Below are positions 18,391 to 28,078 of a stretch of DNA of 64,000 nt, piece by piece. A program made the translations under genes and the position numbers. Source of the DNA: Candidatus Vogelbacteria bacterium RIFOXYD1_FULL_46_19 (GTDB lineage Bacteria; Patescibacteriota; Minisyncoccia; Phycocordibacterales; XYD1-FULL-46-19); contig MHTK01000006.1 of assembly GCA_001824825.1 (NCBI GenBank), positions 127,842 through 191,841 of the forward strand. The letters run 5' to 3'. How positions within the stretch are numbered: the stretch's first letter is position 1; each line of letters opens with the position of its first letter. Under the pieces are notes generated by a model. It saw only the letters and a program-made list of their open reading frames with translations, ran no database searches and had not been told where the DNA came from.

Positions 18391-19332
18391 CTATTCTCGA
18401 TCATCCTTTTTAGTTTTTTTCTTCTTCTTTTTAGCTCGAGCTACAACTTTCTTGGCGTACTTAATTTCCGCCGCTTCAATTATTTTATCAGCAATATCCA
18501 AACCAGTAGCCATTTCAATCCCTTGCAAACCGGGTGAAGAATTGACTTCGATGACCAGTGGTCCCCGGTTAGACATCACCATATCAACACCAGCCACTGT
18601 TAACCCGTGCAAACGAGTGGCTTCAATGGCTACTGCCCGCTCCTTAGCACCCAAAGTAATCGGCTTAGCCACTCCTCCTTTATGCAAATTGGATCGGAAT
18701 TCACCTTCCACTCCGCCCCGTTCCATCGCCCCTACCACCTCCCCATCCACCACCAACGCTCGAATATCTTTACTATTAGCTTCACCAATAAATTCCTGGA
18801 CAATGATATCTTTTTTAATACCAGAAAAAGCTTCCACGGCTGACTTAGCGGAAGACACCGAATCGGCTTTAATCACGCCAGTGCCATGCGTCCCCTCTAA
18901 TAATTTTAAAATAACCGGTGTTCCGCCTACTTCTGCAATCATTAACTTTACATCATCAGCTTTAGGGTGACGGGCAAAGACTGATTTAGGAATGCCAACT
19001 CCTGATTTAGACAACATCTGCAAACTACGGAGTTTATCTCTGGAACGAATTAGGGCAGTGGACGTTAAGAGTGAAGTTACACCCATTAAATCAAAGTGCC
19101 TAATGACAGCGGCCCCATAGACAGTCACTGAGGCTCCGATACGGGGAATAATGATATCAATATCGACTAAGTAGTCGCTCGCCACCCTGATGGTTGGTTT
19201 TGATTTTTCCATCACCAAGTTACACTTGGTATGATCGATAATGACCACCTGATGTCCGCGAGCAAGACCCGCTTGGAGTAACCTGTCAGTTGAGTACAGA
19301 TCAGGTCGTCTGGAGAGAATAGCTATTTTCAT
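18391..19332 (-). CDS. rimK: RimK-family ATP-grasp ligase with poly-lysine C-terminal tail
   Basis: MKIAILSRRPDLYSTDRLLQAGLARGHQVVIID... ATP-grasp motifs. C-terminus RAKKKKKKTKKDDRE. Confidence 0.85.
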   Translation of the reverse strand: MKIAILSRRPDLYSTDRLLQAGLARGHQVVIIDHTKCNLVMEKSKPTIRVASDYLVDIDIIIPRIGASVTVYGAAVIRHFDLMGVTSLLTSTALIRSRDKLRSLQMLSKSGVGIPKSVFARHPKADDVKLMIAEVGGTPVILKLLEGTHGTGVIKADSVSSAKSAVEAFSGIKKDIIVQEFIGEANSKDIRALVVDGEVVGAMERGGVEGEFRSNLHKGGVAKPITLGAKERAVAIEATRLHGLTVAGVDMVMSNRGPLVIEVNSSPGLQGIEMATGLDIADKIIEAAEIKYAKKVVARAKKKKKKTKKDDRE

Positions 19333-19340
19333 GTTTACAT

Positions 19341-19772
19341 TTAGGTTGTGAATGTTTTAGAAACATCAACGATAAACTTCTTTTTAAGAATCTTTCGTCC
19401 GACTAAAACCGGGTAACGTAAATCTTGTCTGTTATTTAAACTCATTCTAGCCTGGAGTTGCTGCCCTCCTAATTTTACTACCAACGGTATAAAAAATCTG
19501 AGTTCAGATTGTCCGCTAGAATTTTTAACGTAACGCTTTTCAAACTCATACGATCTCTGTACTAATTGCCGAAATTCCGGATGACTATCGTCTAATAAAT
19601 AAAACTCTACCGCCGGCCGACCATTATGTTCCACCTCTTTAATATCAGTAGCATGAATCGTTCCGTTATAAGCCCCGGAGTCTATTTTGGCTACCAGCCC
19701 CGTTAAGTTAAAATCGACCAAATCAATGTGCTCCAAACGACCAATTAGTATTTTATCATTAAAAGTATTCAT
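19341..19772 (-). CDS. Retropepsin-like putative ATP-dependent zinc protease (RimB-like, PF05618-type)
   Basis: KIDSGAYNGTIHATDIK, a DSGA aspartic-protease-like motif. Immediately upstream of rimK, the conserved pairing. Confidence 0.55.
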   Translation of the reverse strand: MNTFNDKILIGRLEHIDLVDFNLTGLVAKIDSGAYNGTIHATDIKEVEHNGRPAVEFYLLDDSHPEFRQLVQRSYEFEKRYVKNSSGQSELRFFIPLVVKLGGQQLQARMSLNNRQDLRYPVLVGRKILKKKFIVDVSKTFTT

Positions 19773-19927
19773 GATGATATATTATAAGTCTATCTAAATC
19801 TACCGATTAAGCCACTAGAAGTCAATTTAGCCAAGGTTGTGAGACCTTCATTTTTTTGTTACAATACATCTGATTATTAGTCTGCCACTTTCCATTTTTT
19901 GGGACTTGGTTTAACGGATAAAATACT

Positions 19928-20083
19928 ATGGATGATAACACTTTGGATCCTAACGCTATGGATCCTGCAATGAATCCGTCAACTCCAACGGATGCTGATG
20001 GTCAGCCTGTCACTCCTGACGTGACTGTTCCCGAAGCTCCCGCTGAAACCCCTGAGGCTGCTCCCGATACCCTAGCTGCCTAA
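19928..20083 (+). CDS. Small acidic proline-rich protein (51 aa), unannotated in ORF track
   Basis: MDDNTLDPNAMDPAMNPSTPTDADGQPVTPDVTVPEAPAETPEAAPDTLAA. Preceded by TTGTGA-17-TACAAT and followed by a strong terminator. Confidence 0.35.
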   Translation: MDDNTLDPNAMDPAMNPSTPTDADGQPVTPDVTVPEAPAETPEAAPDTLAA

Positions 20084-20101
20084 TATTGGACAGAGCTAAT
20101 T

Positions 20102-20129
20102 AAAAAAACCGCCTTTGGGCGGTTTTTTT
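20102..20129. terminator. Strong bidirectional rho-independent terminator
   Basis: aaaaaaaccgcc-tttg-ggcggttttttt. Shared by the small ORF (+) and the CBS gene (-). Confidence 0.75.
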
Positions 20130-20136
20130 AATGGAC

Positions 20137-20598
20137 CTAATCTAAGCTAGCCTCGGGCAGATGTTGATCTAAAACTCGTCTAAAAATGTGCCGTCTGGTT
20201 ACTAAACCAACCAAGCTACCGCCTCTCACCACCGGCAAACGGTGAATGCCACGGGCCAACATTAAAGCCCCGGCTTTCATAATTGGAGTCGTTTCTTCTA
20301 CCACTACCACGTCTAAAGAAATAAAGTCTTTAATCAAATGTAATCGAACCTCCGTAATTTTATTTTCCCGATGCTCAAAATCTAAATAGTTAGCCGGATC
20401 TTCATAGTAACTATTGTAACGCGGATACAAGACACGGAATAAATCTTTTTCCGATAACATTCCCACCACCCGACGATCAATGTCCACCACTGGTGCACCG
20501 GAAATTTTTGATTCACGTAAAATATTCACAGCGTCACCATAAGTGGCCGTCACTGGTATAGTTACCACCTCTCTTACCATCACATCACCGACTTTCAT
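20137..20598 (-). CDS. CBS-domain pair protein
   Basis: Two CBS repeats (MVREVVTIPVTATYGDAV...GAPVVD and LARGIHRLPVV). Confidence 0.8.
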   Translation of the reverse strand: MKVGDVMVREVVTIPVTATYGDAVNILRESKISGAPVVDIDRRVVGMLSEKDLFRVLYPRYNSYYEDPANYLDFEHRENKITEVRLHLIKDFISLDVVVVEETTPIMKAGALMLARGIHRLPVVRGGSLVGLVTRRHIFRRVLDQHLPEASLD

Positions 20599-20632
20599 AG
20601 CTATAATTATACACCGAATCGTCCGGCCGCTG

Positions 20633-21337
20633 CTAGTTGGCAGCCAAATAGGTGGCCACCACCGCTGCCGTCTCCGCTCTTAAAACATTAGTACTTAAAG
20701 AGTAAGTTGGTAAATTATGACTCTGTATTAATTCAAGCTCAGCTGGACTCCAGCCCCCTTCCGGTCCAATAAACAAATCGTAAGGTTGATCGGAAGTGAC
20801 CACCGGCCATTTAGTATCCAGGCTTCCCATATCAAAACACATCGTTAATCCCGGTGAGGCTACCGACAAAGCGAGCGCCTTCGAAAAGGGTAGGGGTAGG
20901 GCTAAAGTTGGCACACTGACTCGACCAGATTGTTCGGTGGCCTCCACTGCAATTTTAGTTAGCCGGTCTAGACGCAAATCTTGTTTAATCGTTCGCTCAG
21001 TTCTAAGTGGCACAATGGCTGTTACTCCAACTTCCGTGGCTTTTTGCACCACCCACTCGAAATTCTCTTTTTTCAAAATGGCACAGTATAAATTTACGGC
21101 TCTGACTGACTCGGGTTTAAATGGTAATAGTCGAAGCACCTTTAATCTGGCCGCTTTTTGGTTCAACTCGACGATTTCTACCTCCGCTTCCTGCTTGGTT
21201 GCCTGATCAATCAATAAAATTATCTGTCCGGGGCGAAACCGTAAAACTAACCCCCATTGCTTTAGTAAAGCCCGGTCATTAACCCATAACTGATCCCCGA
21301 CTAACTCAAACTTTTCGATAAAGCGATGTATTTTCAT
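20633..21337 (-). CDS. rsmE: 16S rRNA (uracil1498-N3)-methyltransferase RsmE
   Basis: MKIHRFIEK... PUA-like N-terminus plus a SPOUT C-terminal domain pattern. Confidence 0.75.
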   Translation of the reverse strand: MKIHRFIEKFELVGDQLWVNDRALLKQWGLVLRFRPGQIILLIDQATKQEAEVEIVELNQKAARLKVLRLLPFKPESVRAVNLYCAILKKENFEWVVQKATEVGVTAIVPLRTERTIKQDLRLDRLTKIAVEATEQSGRVSVPTLALPLPFSKALALSVASPGLTMCFDMGSLDTKWPVVTSDQPYDLFIGPEGGWSPAELELIQSHNLPTYSLSTNVLRAETAAVVATYLAAN

Positions 21338-21351
21338 TAGTTAGTAACGGG

Positions 21352-21921
21352 TTAAGAATCTACCTCAACTGAGGACAGAAGACTTTTAACGAAATCAGCT
21401 GCCGGCTGTTTACCGACTACCTGGCCCTGGTGATTGACTTTAACTACAGTATTTTCCGACTCTACACCGTATTTCTTACGTAAACTAAGTCGGCTGTCAA
21501 AATCGATTTTCAAAATTAATATATGGGGCGGAATCTGATCTTCATTCACTGTCAGTTCTTTAACCAAACTTCGGCCCAGCGGATCCCAAGCAGCATAAAA
21601 GAATAAGACTCTCTGCTCGTAGTTGCCACCCGTCATCAAACTAGGATCATAATCCAGAAACCGGCCTAGCTCAGGGCTCAGCCATTGATCGTTTGACTCT
21701 TCTTCATCAGTTGAGGTTTCCCGGACCGTGACTTGGGTTGTGGTTAAATCGTCATTAACCGACGAACTAGAAATAGCGGCCGCCGCTAAACCTGTCACCA
21801 GCAAGCGAGCAGCACTAATATCTCTCTCTAGATGATTTAAATACCCCAGGCCTCCCGCCACCACGATAGCCGAAATCACTAGGAGTAAGGTCATTAAACT
21901 GATGTGACGACGATAAGGCAT
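21352..21921 (-). CDS. Membrane-anchored thioredoxin-fold protein lacking the CxxC active site
   Basis: VLFFYAAWDPLGRS occupies the position where thioredoxins have FYAxWCxxC. N-terminal TM. Confidence 0.45.
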   Translation of the reverse strand: MPYRRHISLMTLLLVISAIVVAGGLGYLNHLERDISAARLLVTGLAAAAISSSSVNDDLTTTQVTVRETSTDEEESNDQWLSPELGRFLDYDPSLMTGGNYEQRVLFFYAAWDPLGRSLVKELTVNEDQIPPHILILKIDFDSRLSLRKKYGVESENTVVKVNHQGQVVGKQPAADFVKSLLSSVEVDS

Positions 21922-22086
21922 AAGAAATAATTTTTATAAGCTAACTCTGATAGTTTACGAAATCCATAGCTTACCTGGATTATAACCTAAATGTGCTCGA
22001 CACCAAAAAATCACCTCTTAAATATTATAATGTCTCTTCTTAAAAACTTTTTTTAATTAGACTAAAACTTCCCCCAAATTTTTGGC

Positions 22087-22398
22087 CTAAGCCGCCAAGG
22101 GCCATACCTTACGTTCTGTCATTTTCTTCACAATCAACTCAGCTGATTCTTGATATTGGCCCGCTAAAGCTAGAGTTTGGACTTCAGTTTCGGCTGGATC
22201 ATCCAGGATATCAGAAATTATTTGACCCAATTCTTTAATCTGTTTCATCTGGTCTGTGGCTGACTCCTTCGGGTCCAGTATTTTTTTTAAAACTTTGGCT
22301 TGAACCGGATTACGAATTTCAATACCTAAGCGAGATCCCAACTTAGTCTCCTGACTAGCAGTTTTTTGACTCTCAATATTAACCTCAGGTTGCTCCAT
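22087..22398 (-). CDS. Hypothetical small acidic protein
   Basis: 103-aa ORF with no motif. Confidence 0.35.
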   Translation of the reverse strand: MEQPEVNIESQKTASQETKLGSRLGIEIRNPVQAKVLKKILDPKESATDQMKQIKELGQIISDILDDPAETEVQTLALAGQYQESAELIVKKMTERKVWPLAA

Positions 22399-22435
22399 AA
22401 TTATATTTATATTTTAACCACCTCGGCTATCACAT

Positions 22436-23371
22436 TTAATCAAACAAATCAATTAGATACTGATCAATTTCTCTCTGATCTAAATTATAAAAATATTTGT
22501 CGTCGCGGTGTAAGTCGCGGGCCAACTTACGCCCCACAAAACGCCAGTGCCAAGGTTCAAATTGATAATATTGATTATTATCCGGATAAGATAACACAAA
22601 GCCATATTTATGAGCATTATCAGTCAGCCACTTGTACACCTCAGTTTGATCAAAACCGGCAAAAACTGCCGGAGCCGAAGTACTGGTAAAGTCCACCGTT
22701 GTCCCTAGTTGATGTTCGGAATAGCCTTGATCGGCCGAAAAAGCATTAGCCCCCGAACCATAGTTCACGCTATATTGAGCTTTAAGAGAAGACTGCTCGC
22801 CAAACGACCGGTAAGCTGATACCACCTTAAGGTCAATATCATCTTCGGTGGCCCCCTCAAGCAAATCTGTCAAAAAATCAATTATCTCTCCATTTGCTTT
22901 AAGTTGTCGGCTGGCATCGTATAGATAGTCGGCCGGAATATCAGCCAGTTGGGCTGGCATATAATTCTCACTTAAAAAATAAACTTTGGAATACTTTTTC
23001 AATAATTCCGGATCTGTTTGACTTAACTTCTCTAAATCCCCCACCACATTAGTAATACCAACAATCTGGTCTTCAAATTGTTCATTCTTCTTCTCTTCCG
23101 CTTCCAAACGAGCCGCTACTTGACTACCTTCCGCTAAGCTTTGCTCCAATTTAAGCCCTAAATCGCGTACTTCTTGACTTAGCTTGTCGGCTTGTTCTCT
23201 AACCGCCAGTAAAGCCTCATTGGTCTCCTGATAGCGGTACCAACCTAAAATAGCCGCCAAAACGGCGACCACCAGACCAAGTCCCAAAAGACTAAGATAA
23301 ATTTTAGATGAGGAAAAAGTCACGCCAATGATTATAGCATAAAGAGGACAGTGCGCCGACCCGAGTTCCAA
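22436..23371 (-). CDS. D-alanyl-D-alanine carboxypeptidase-like M15B (VanY/LAS) peptidase with N-terminal TM and coiled coil
   Basis: SEHQLGTTVDFTS...FEPWHWRFVG matches the VanY zinc peptidase H-x6-D...EPWHW signature. Confidence 0.7.
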   Translation of the reverse strand: MELGSAHCPLYAIIIGVTFSSSKIYLSLLGLGLVVAVLAAILGWYRYQETNEALLAVREQADKLSQEVRDLGLKLEQSLAEGSQVAARLEAEEKKNEQFEDQIVGITNVVGDLEKLSQTDPELLKKYSKVYFLSENYMPAQLADIPADYLYDASRQLKANGEIIDFLTDLLEGATEDDIDLKVVSAYRSFGEQSSLKAQYSVNYGSGANAFSADQGYSEHQLGTTVDFTSTSAPAVFAGFDQTEVYKWLTDNAHKYGFVLSYPDNNQYYQFEPWHWRFVGRKLARDLHRDDKYFYNLDQREIDQYLIDLFD

Positions 23372-23381
23372 ACTGACATCC

Positions 23382-23924
23382 TTAGGACAAATTTCGGCGT
23401 CTTAATCGAAAGTACTGCCAGTAAAATAAGTGGAGGCCAATATAAGCTACCATATGAACCACCACTATCCAAAACAACCTAAAACCTTCAGGTAGCATTA
23501 AAGCCATGATGGTACTGGCCACACCATAAGTACCTAAATAATAAACCAGGCCTTTCTTAACAGCTTTAAACTCCACGGCCGGCCTGGCCATAATTCGAGG
23601 CACCAAGGCGACCGCTACCCAAAAGGCCCACATCCCGATATTACTAGCTTCCGGATTACCCCAAGGTGAGTTACCAATCACGAACCACTCAAAAGACAGA
23701 CCCAAGAGGCCAAAAAATAAATAATACAGCAAGTCCGACATAAAGCCGGCTCGGTTCGAGTCCAGCCAGCTACTGACCTGATAAACCACCGACAAATACA
23801 ACGGGTAAAAGAAGAGGGTAAAAATAAAGTTACCCGGATTGTGAGTGGCCAGCAAGTTAAACTGGAATTCCACCACCAAAGCGACCAGCGAGCCAATCGC
23901 CACGAAAGTTAAAAATTTTTTCAT
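23382..23924 (-). CDS. Polytopic membrane protein, unknown function
   Basis: Four to five predicted TM helices. Confidence 0.4.
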   Translation of the reverse strand: MKKFLTFVAIGSLVALVVEFQFNLLATHNPGNFIFTLFFYPLYLSVVYQVSSWLDSNRAGFMSDLLYYLFFGLLGLSFEWFVIGNSPWGNPEASNIGMWAFWVAVALVPRIMARPAVEFKAVKKGLVYYLGTYGVASTIMALMLPEGFRLFWIVVVHMVAYIGLHLFYWQYFRLRRRNLS

Positions 23925-23981
23925 AGTAATTGGGATAAATTTGTTTCGGATCAGACTGTCTTTAGATCCAACTAGAAAACT

Positions 23982-24371
23982 TTAGAATAAATTGAAGCCG
24001 ATATTGGTCAAGTAAAGTCCCAAGGCAACCGCCAAGAAGCCTCCGATCCAATAAACACTCTTTTTGTTAAGCCAGCTAACCCACTTGGTAAAGACTCGGT
24101 AAGGTAGCATTAGATAAGCCACTGCTTCTAAGAGTAGTAGCCAGCCCACAATCGTAATAATTACTTGAAAATTCCAGGCCCAAACATTATGGGCCACCAC
24201 CAAGGCCAAACCGGCTGCTAGTTCAATAACACAAATAGTGTAAATCAGAGCCCGATTTTTAGCCATCTCGGTCACCACCCTCATCATCGCTTGGCGTTTT
24301 ACCAGTAGAATTAAGCCCATTAAAATTAGATACAAACCAACGACTTGAGCCAAATACAAAGATAAAGACAT
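23982..24371 (-). CDS. Polytopic membrane protein, unknown function
   Basis: Four predicted TM helices. Confidence 0.4.
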   Translation of the reverse strand: MSLSLYLAQVVGLYLILMGLILLVKRQAMMRVVTEMAKNRALIYTICVIELAAGLALVVAHNVWAWNFQVIITIVGWLLLLEAVAYLMLPYRVFTKWVSWLNKKSVYWIGGFLAVALGLYLTNIGFNLF

Positions 24372-24518
24372 AAATTATAAATTAATCACTAATCCTTTAA
24401 TTATAACCAGTCTCTCAACCATTGAAAGTAATTTGTCCACGTTTATCCCCTTACTAGATACTAGGAAGGAGAGTCGCGCTTTCTATTCCGCCCAGGAGAG
24501 TTCAACTTAAAGACCAAA

Positions 24519-24552
24519 GCCCCGAGCGGGGCTTTGGTCTTTAAGTTAAAAG
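24519..24552. terminator. Intrinsic terminator downstream of the pilin gene
   Basis: aaagaccaaagcccc-gag-cggggctttggtcttt perfect palindrome flanked by A/T runs. Confidence 0.65.
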
Positions 24553-24561
24553 AAACGAAAA

Positions 24562-25023
24562 TTACCTAGTAACAGTAATCACTTCTTCTAGGTCTGCAAG
24601 CGGAGCATCCACAGTGATCCGACCATTCGTACCCTGAGCGATTTCATAACAGGTACTATTATCTACTTCACAAGACGGATCGATTGGCATAGCTACGATA
24701 TAAATGCCATTAGCGGTCAACACTGATAAGTCTATTAAACCAGTACAATCTACTGCGTCGGTTTGACAAACTGGCGTCGAACTCGAAGTAATAGTAGCTG
24801 GTAAAGTTCCACGATTATCAACACCATACTGATGCACAGCGTTAAGAATGGCGTTGACGTTACTACTGCGTTGCGAGTTGCGAGCCTTAGCAAACTGTCG
24901 GGCGGGATTAACCGCTACAATTACGACGGCGGCCAAAATGGCGATAATACCGATCACAATCAAAATTTCAATTAAAGTAAAACCTGATTGAGATCGCTTA
25001 GCCGAAGAAACGTTTTTTATCAT
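24562..25023 (-). CDS. pilA: Type IV pilin (major pilin)
   Basis: Class III signal peptide SQSGFTLIEILIVIGIIAILAAVV (G/F cleavage site, Glu+5). C-terminal Cys pair. Confidence 0.85.
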   Translation of the reverse strand: MIKNVSSAKRSQSGFTLIEILIVIGIIAILAAVVIVAVNPARQFAKARNSQRSSNVNAILNAVHQYGVDNRGTLPATITSSSTPVCQTDAVDCTGLIDLSVLTANGIYIVAMPIDPSCEVDNSTCYEIAQGTNGRITVDAPLADLEEVITVTR

Positions 25024-25175
25024 ATATTATTTAAAACTGTCTAATAAAATAAATAGTCGATTCTACCCAGACTCAAGTAAAATCAATATTTACTATCTAA
25101 GTAAATTATACTATAACTCGACTGAAAGAGTAAAGACCCTTGTGTATAACTAATTCTAATCAGTTTAGCCAACCA

Positions 25176-26348
25176 CTAATTGAACAAGTCTTTGAGCCAA
25201 AATAAATAACTTAAACTACCAACCACCAGTAAAATAATGACCAGGATCAGGTAAGTCTCTAAGCGACTAAACCAAGGTCGTCGGCCAGCCGACCGCTCCT
25301 CGGTGATTGAATTTGGTTTAAAACGCTTAACCAAAGAAGTAGCTACCAAATCAACCGGCCAGCCCGGCCGTGTCGAGTGTAAGGCGAGGCCAATCGGACC
25401 AGCATAAAGCCAAGGCAACAAAGCAGATATTTGGTCATCAGTTTTAGTTAAGTAGAGTAATGGATCCCCCTTTATAACCGGTAACCCCAGAGCGGTACTT
25501 AGGGTTGAAATTACCTGCTGATTTTCTACCCAATGGCCAGTAAGCAAAACTTGGCCAACCGAAAGACCAAACGACTCCTTGGCAAAATGAGCGGCTAATT
25601 TTATTTCACTGGCCACCGCCGATAGATCCGGTTTTAGGTCGACTGAAACTAGAGCTTGATCAGTGCCAGGCGTAGCTACGGCCGTCGCCGGTTGTGGCAA
25701 AGGTGTAACACTGGAAATAATGAGCCGACCCTTAACGTCATATACCCCCACCGAAGCCAGACTATCCGAGGCCTTTAAAATTGCCCTCCCAGCTTCAGTT
25801 ACGCCAGCCTGAGGAGCTTGGGCTTCAGTTGAAAGTAGGGCCCGACCTAAAGCGATAGACTCAGCTTCAATCACCCCTAAAGCTAGGCCCGCTCCCTTGG
25901 CCACCTCTTGGTAAGCTTTCAACTCTTCAGTTAAAGCTCCCAAGTATAAGACGGCCTCAACCTCAGTTTCCCTGGTCCCCAAACTTAAATAATTCCAACT
26001 TATCGCTTCAGGCTCCACTGGAATGACAGCCTTAGCTTCCGTGGCTATAGCCGCTAGTCGCTCGTCTTCAGTCAGACCGGACTTAATTTTAAATAAATGA
26101 AAAAAACACTGAGAATCGGGTAAACAAAAAGAAATCTCTTTCGGCAGAGACGGCCAGTCTTTTATTAATGATCCTAGAGCTTCGGCTAAAACAGCTGGAT
26201 CATGAATACGTTCATCATTAAAAGCACCCACCGGAGTCACCGCGCTAGCCATTTTAACTAAACGATTTTTATCATCAAGTAAGACCGCCTTAATCTCGCG
26301 ACTGTCAATAATAGCGGTTAAAAAATGACGACGATTTAAAAATAACAT
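25176..26348 (-). CDS. PilM-like actin-fold pilus assembly protein fused to a C-terminal PilN-like TM segment
   Basis: Actin-like ATPase fold pattern. C-terminal WFSRLETYLILVIILLVVGSLSYLFWLK transmembrane helix. Confidence 0.55.
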   Translation of the reverse strand: MLFLNRRHFLTAIIDSREIKAVLLDDKNRLVKMASAVTPVGAFNDERIHDPAVLAEALGSLIKDWPSLPKEISFCLPDSQCFFHLFKIKSGLTEDERLAAIATEAKAVIPVEPEAISWNYLSLGTRETEVEAVLYLGALTEELKAYQEVAKGAGLALGVIEAESIALGRALLSTEAQAPQAGVTEAGRAILKASDSLASVGVYDVKGRLIISSVTPLPQPATAVATPGTDQALVSVDLKPDLSAVASEIKLAAHFAKESFGLSVGQVLLTGHWVENQQVISTLSTALGLPVIKGDPLLYLTKTDDQISALLPWLYAGPIGLALHSTRPGWPVDLVATSLVKRFKPNSITEERSAGRRPWFSRLETYLILVIILLVVGSLSYLFWLKDLFN

Positions 26349-26356
26349 ATTTTAGT

Positions 26357-26755
26357 TTAATAACTGGCTACCTCTTGCCAACTAGTTACTTGTAAGGGTG
26401 CTCGCACTTCACTCACTTCAATCAGTACTTTTTGATGATAATCCCCCACAGTGGCTCTCGTTTTCACTACTCGACTAAACTCGGTCGGGGCTTCAACCAC
26501 TTCTATTATACACGACTCGTCACCTAAATTGACTTCTTCCCCCCCAGCGTAAGTTCCGTCCAAACGTAAACTCGACAAGGCTTTCTCAGCACAAGCGGTG
26601 GCTAAAGCTTGCGCTTGATTGGTAAACTCTTCGGCCAGACTAATCTCCGTTTCCCCGACCGAGCGGAGGGATACTCCTACGGCCAACACTAAAGTCACCG
26701 CCCCGATAACCAGTACACTAAGAAGAGCGATCATTCCTTGTTGGTGTTTAATCAT
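26357..26755 (-). CDS. Pilus-associated membrane-anchored protein (possible PilO-like), hypothetical
   Basis: N-terminal TM. Located inside the pilus operon. Confidence 0.35.
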   Translation of the reverse strand: MIKHQQGMIALLSVLVIGAVTLVLAVGVSLRSVGETEISLAEEFTNQAQALATACAEKALSSLRLDGTYAGGEEVNLGDESCIIEVVEAPTEFSRVVKTRATVGDYHQKVLIEVSEVRAPLQVTSWQEVASY

Positions 26756-27263
26756 TATATCTCGAGGTTACAGTAGTTAAAAAATTATGAGTCCTTCCAT
26801 ATTCCTGGCGAGCACTGTCGGTCCTCGTCTTCAAAGTTAAATTAATCCGGATGGTGGAGGGAGCGTCCGAAAAAGACGTGTTGGTAAAGGTTAAATTAGT
26901 AACCTCCAGCCCGCCGCTCGTTATAGGCACTGCAGTAGTTGTCCCCTCTTTTATCCTAAGAACTCCAGCTACCACGTCAAAGGTTACTACATCATTTAAA
27001 GCAATTGATTGCAAAGATAAAATACTTGATTCACCACCTGAGTCCGGGCTGTTTATCTCAGTCGCCTGACGAATGGCTTCCGTCATAACTTCTAAAGCCA
27101 ACCTAGCATTACTCGTAATTTCTTGCTGATTATCAGCTCGCACCTTACCTTCAATCACGTTAAATAAGGCTCCACCGGCCGCCAAAAGTAAGATAGTTAA
27201 AATACTGAAATAAATCAGCAACTCAATTAAACTAAAACCAGCTGGAGACGGTTTTCTGATCAT
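26748..27263 (-). CDS. Prepilin-type N-terminal cleavage/methylation domain protein (minor pilin)
   Basis: PAGFSLIELLIYFSILTILLLAAGGALF. Confidence 0.7.
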   Translation of the reverse strand: MIRKPSPAGFSLIELLIYFSILTILLLAAGGALFNVIEGKVRADNQQEITSNARLALEVMTEAIRQATEINSPDSGGESSILSLQSIALNDVVTFDVVAGVLRIKEGTTTAVPITSGGLEVTNLTFTNTSFSDAPSTIRINLTLKTRTDSARQEYGRTHNFLTTVTSRYND

Positions 27264-28078
27264 AGGACAGGTTCATCAAAATCAGGAATAATAAAAACCT
27301 CCGAACTCCCATCAAGCATAATAAACTCCACCGTAATCGCTGTGCCTAAAATCGAACCGACCCAGCGTAGCTGATCAATTTCCACATTTGGTGCCCCGGG
27401 GATCAAGGTCGTATCGGTAATATCAATAATATTACCAGTGTTAGCACTACCTTGCCACACAAAGACTTGGGCAATGCGCGTTTTTGTTAGAGTGTTAGGC
27501 TTATCCCAAGTTAAAATCATTTTATCTAAAGTGACCGGGGTTGAGCACTTAGCTCCAATCCAGACTTCGCGAATTATTTTATTGGCCGCCCCTTGTTCAA
27601 TGCTAGCACCACTCACATCCACGAAAAAGCAGTCAATTTCTTCCAGGGGCTCCTCTTGCCAATCCGATAAATAAGTAATGAGCTCGGTGGATTGGGGCCG
27701 GCTATCCCCTAACTGCCAGCTAACCTGACTTTTAACCTCTTTTAGTCCTGGCTGGTCAGGTACCGTCGAAATGGTAATAATTCGTGTAAACTGATCCTGC
27801 ACATTTTCACCACCGGCTAGTTGCCACTGCTCGTCCGAAAGAGATATTCCATGAACCCCATCAGTAAGATCATTAAAGTCATTATCACGAATAGCTCGCA
27901 CCACTTCCAATCCTTCTTTCGCCAACCACACCGCTTTAGTTCTTTCCACTCCTTGCCAGGAAGACACATCCGCTTCCAACACTAGAAATAAGATAGCAGT
28001 GGCCCCAATAGTAAATACCCCCATCGCCACCAACAGCTCAACTAAACTTTGTCCGGTTTGTCGCTTTAAACGGTTCAC
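27260..28078 (-). CDS. Prepilin-type minor pilin/pseudopilin
   Basis: QTGQSLVELLVAMGVFTIGATAILFLVLEA. Confidence 0.6.
   Translation of the reverse strand: MNRLKRQTGQSLVELLVAMGVFTIGATAILFLVLEADVSSWQGVERTKAVWLAKEGLEVVRAIRDNDFNDLTDGVHGISLSDEQWQLAGGENVQDQFTRIITISTVPDQPGLKEVKSQVSWQLGDSRPQSTELITYLSDWQEEPLEEIDCFFVDVSGASIEQGAANKIIREVWIGAKCSTPVTLDKMILTWDKPNTLTKTRIAQVFVWQGSANTGNIIDITDTTLIPGAPNVEIDQLRWVGSILGTAITVEFIMLDGSSEVFIIPDFDEPVL

Noticed and set aside
18452-21206. Antisense ORFs within rimK and rsmE (18452..18970, 18607..18843, 20796..21206)
   Set aside because: Low-complexity shadow frames of confidently identified genes.
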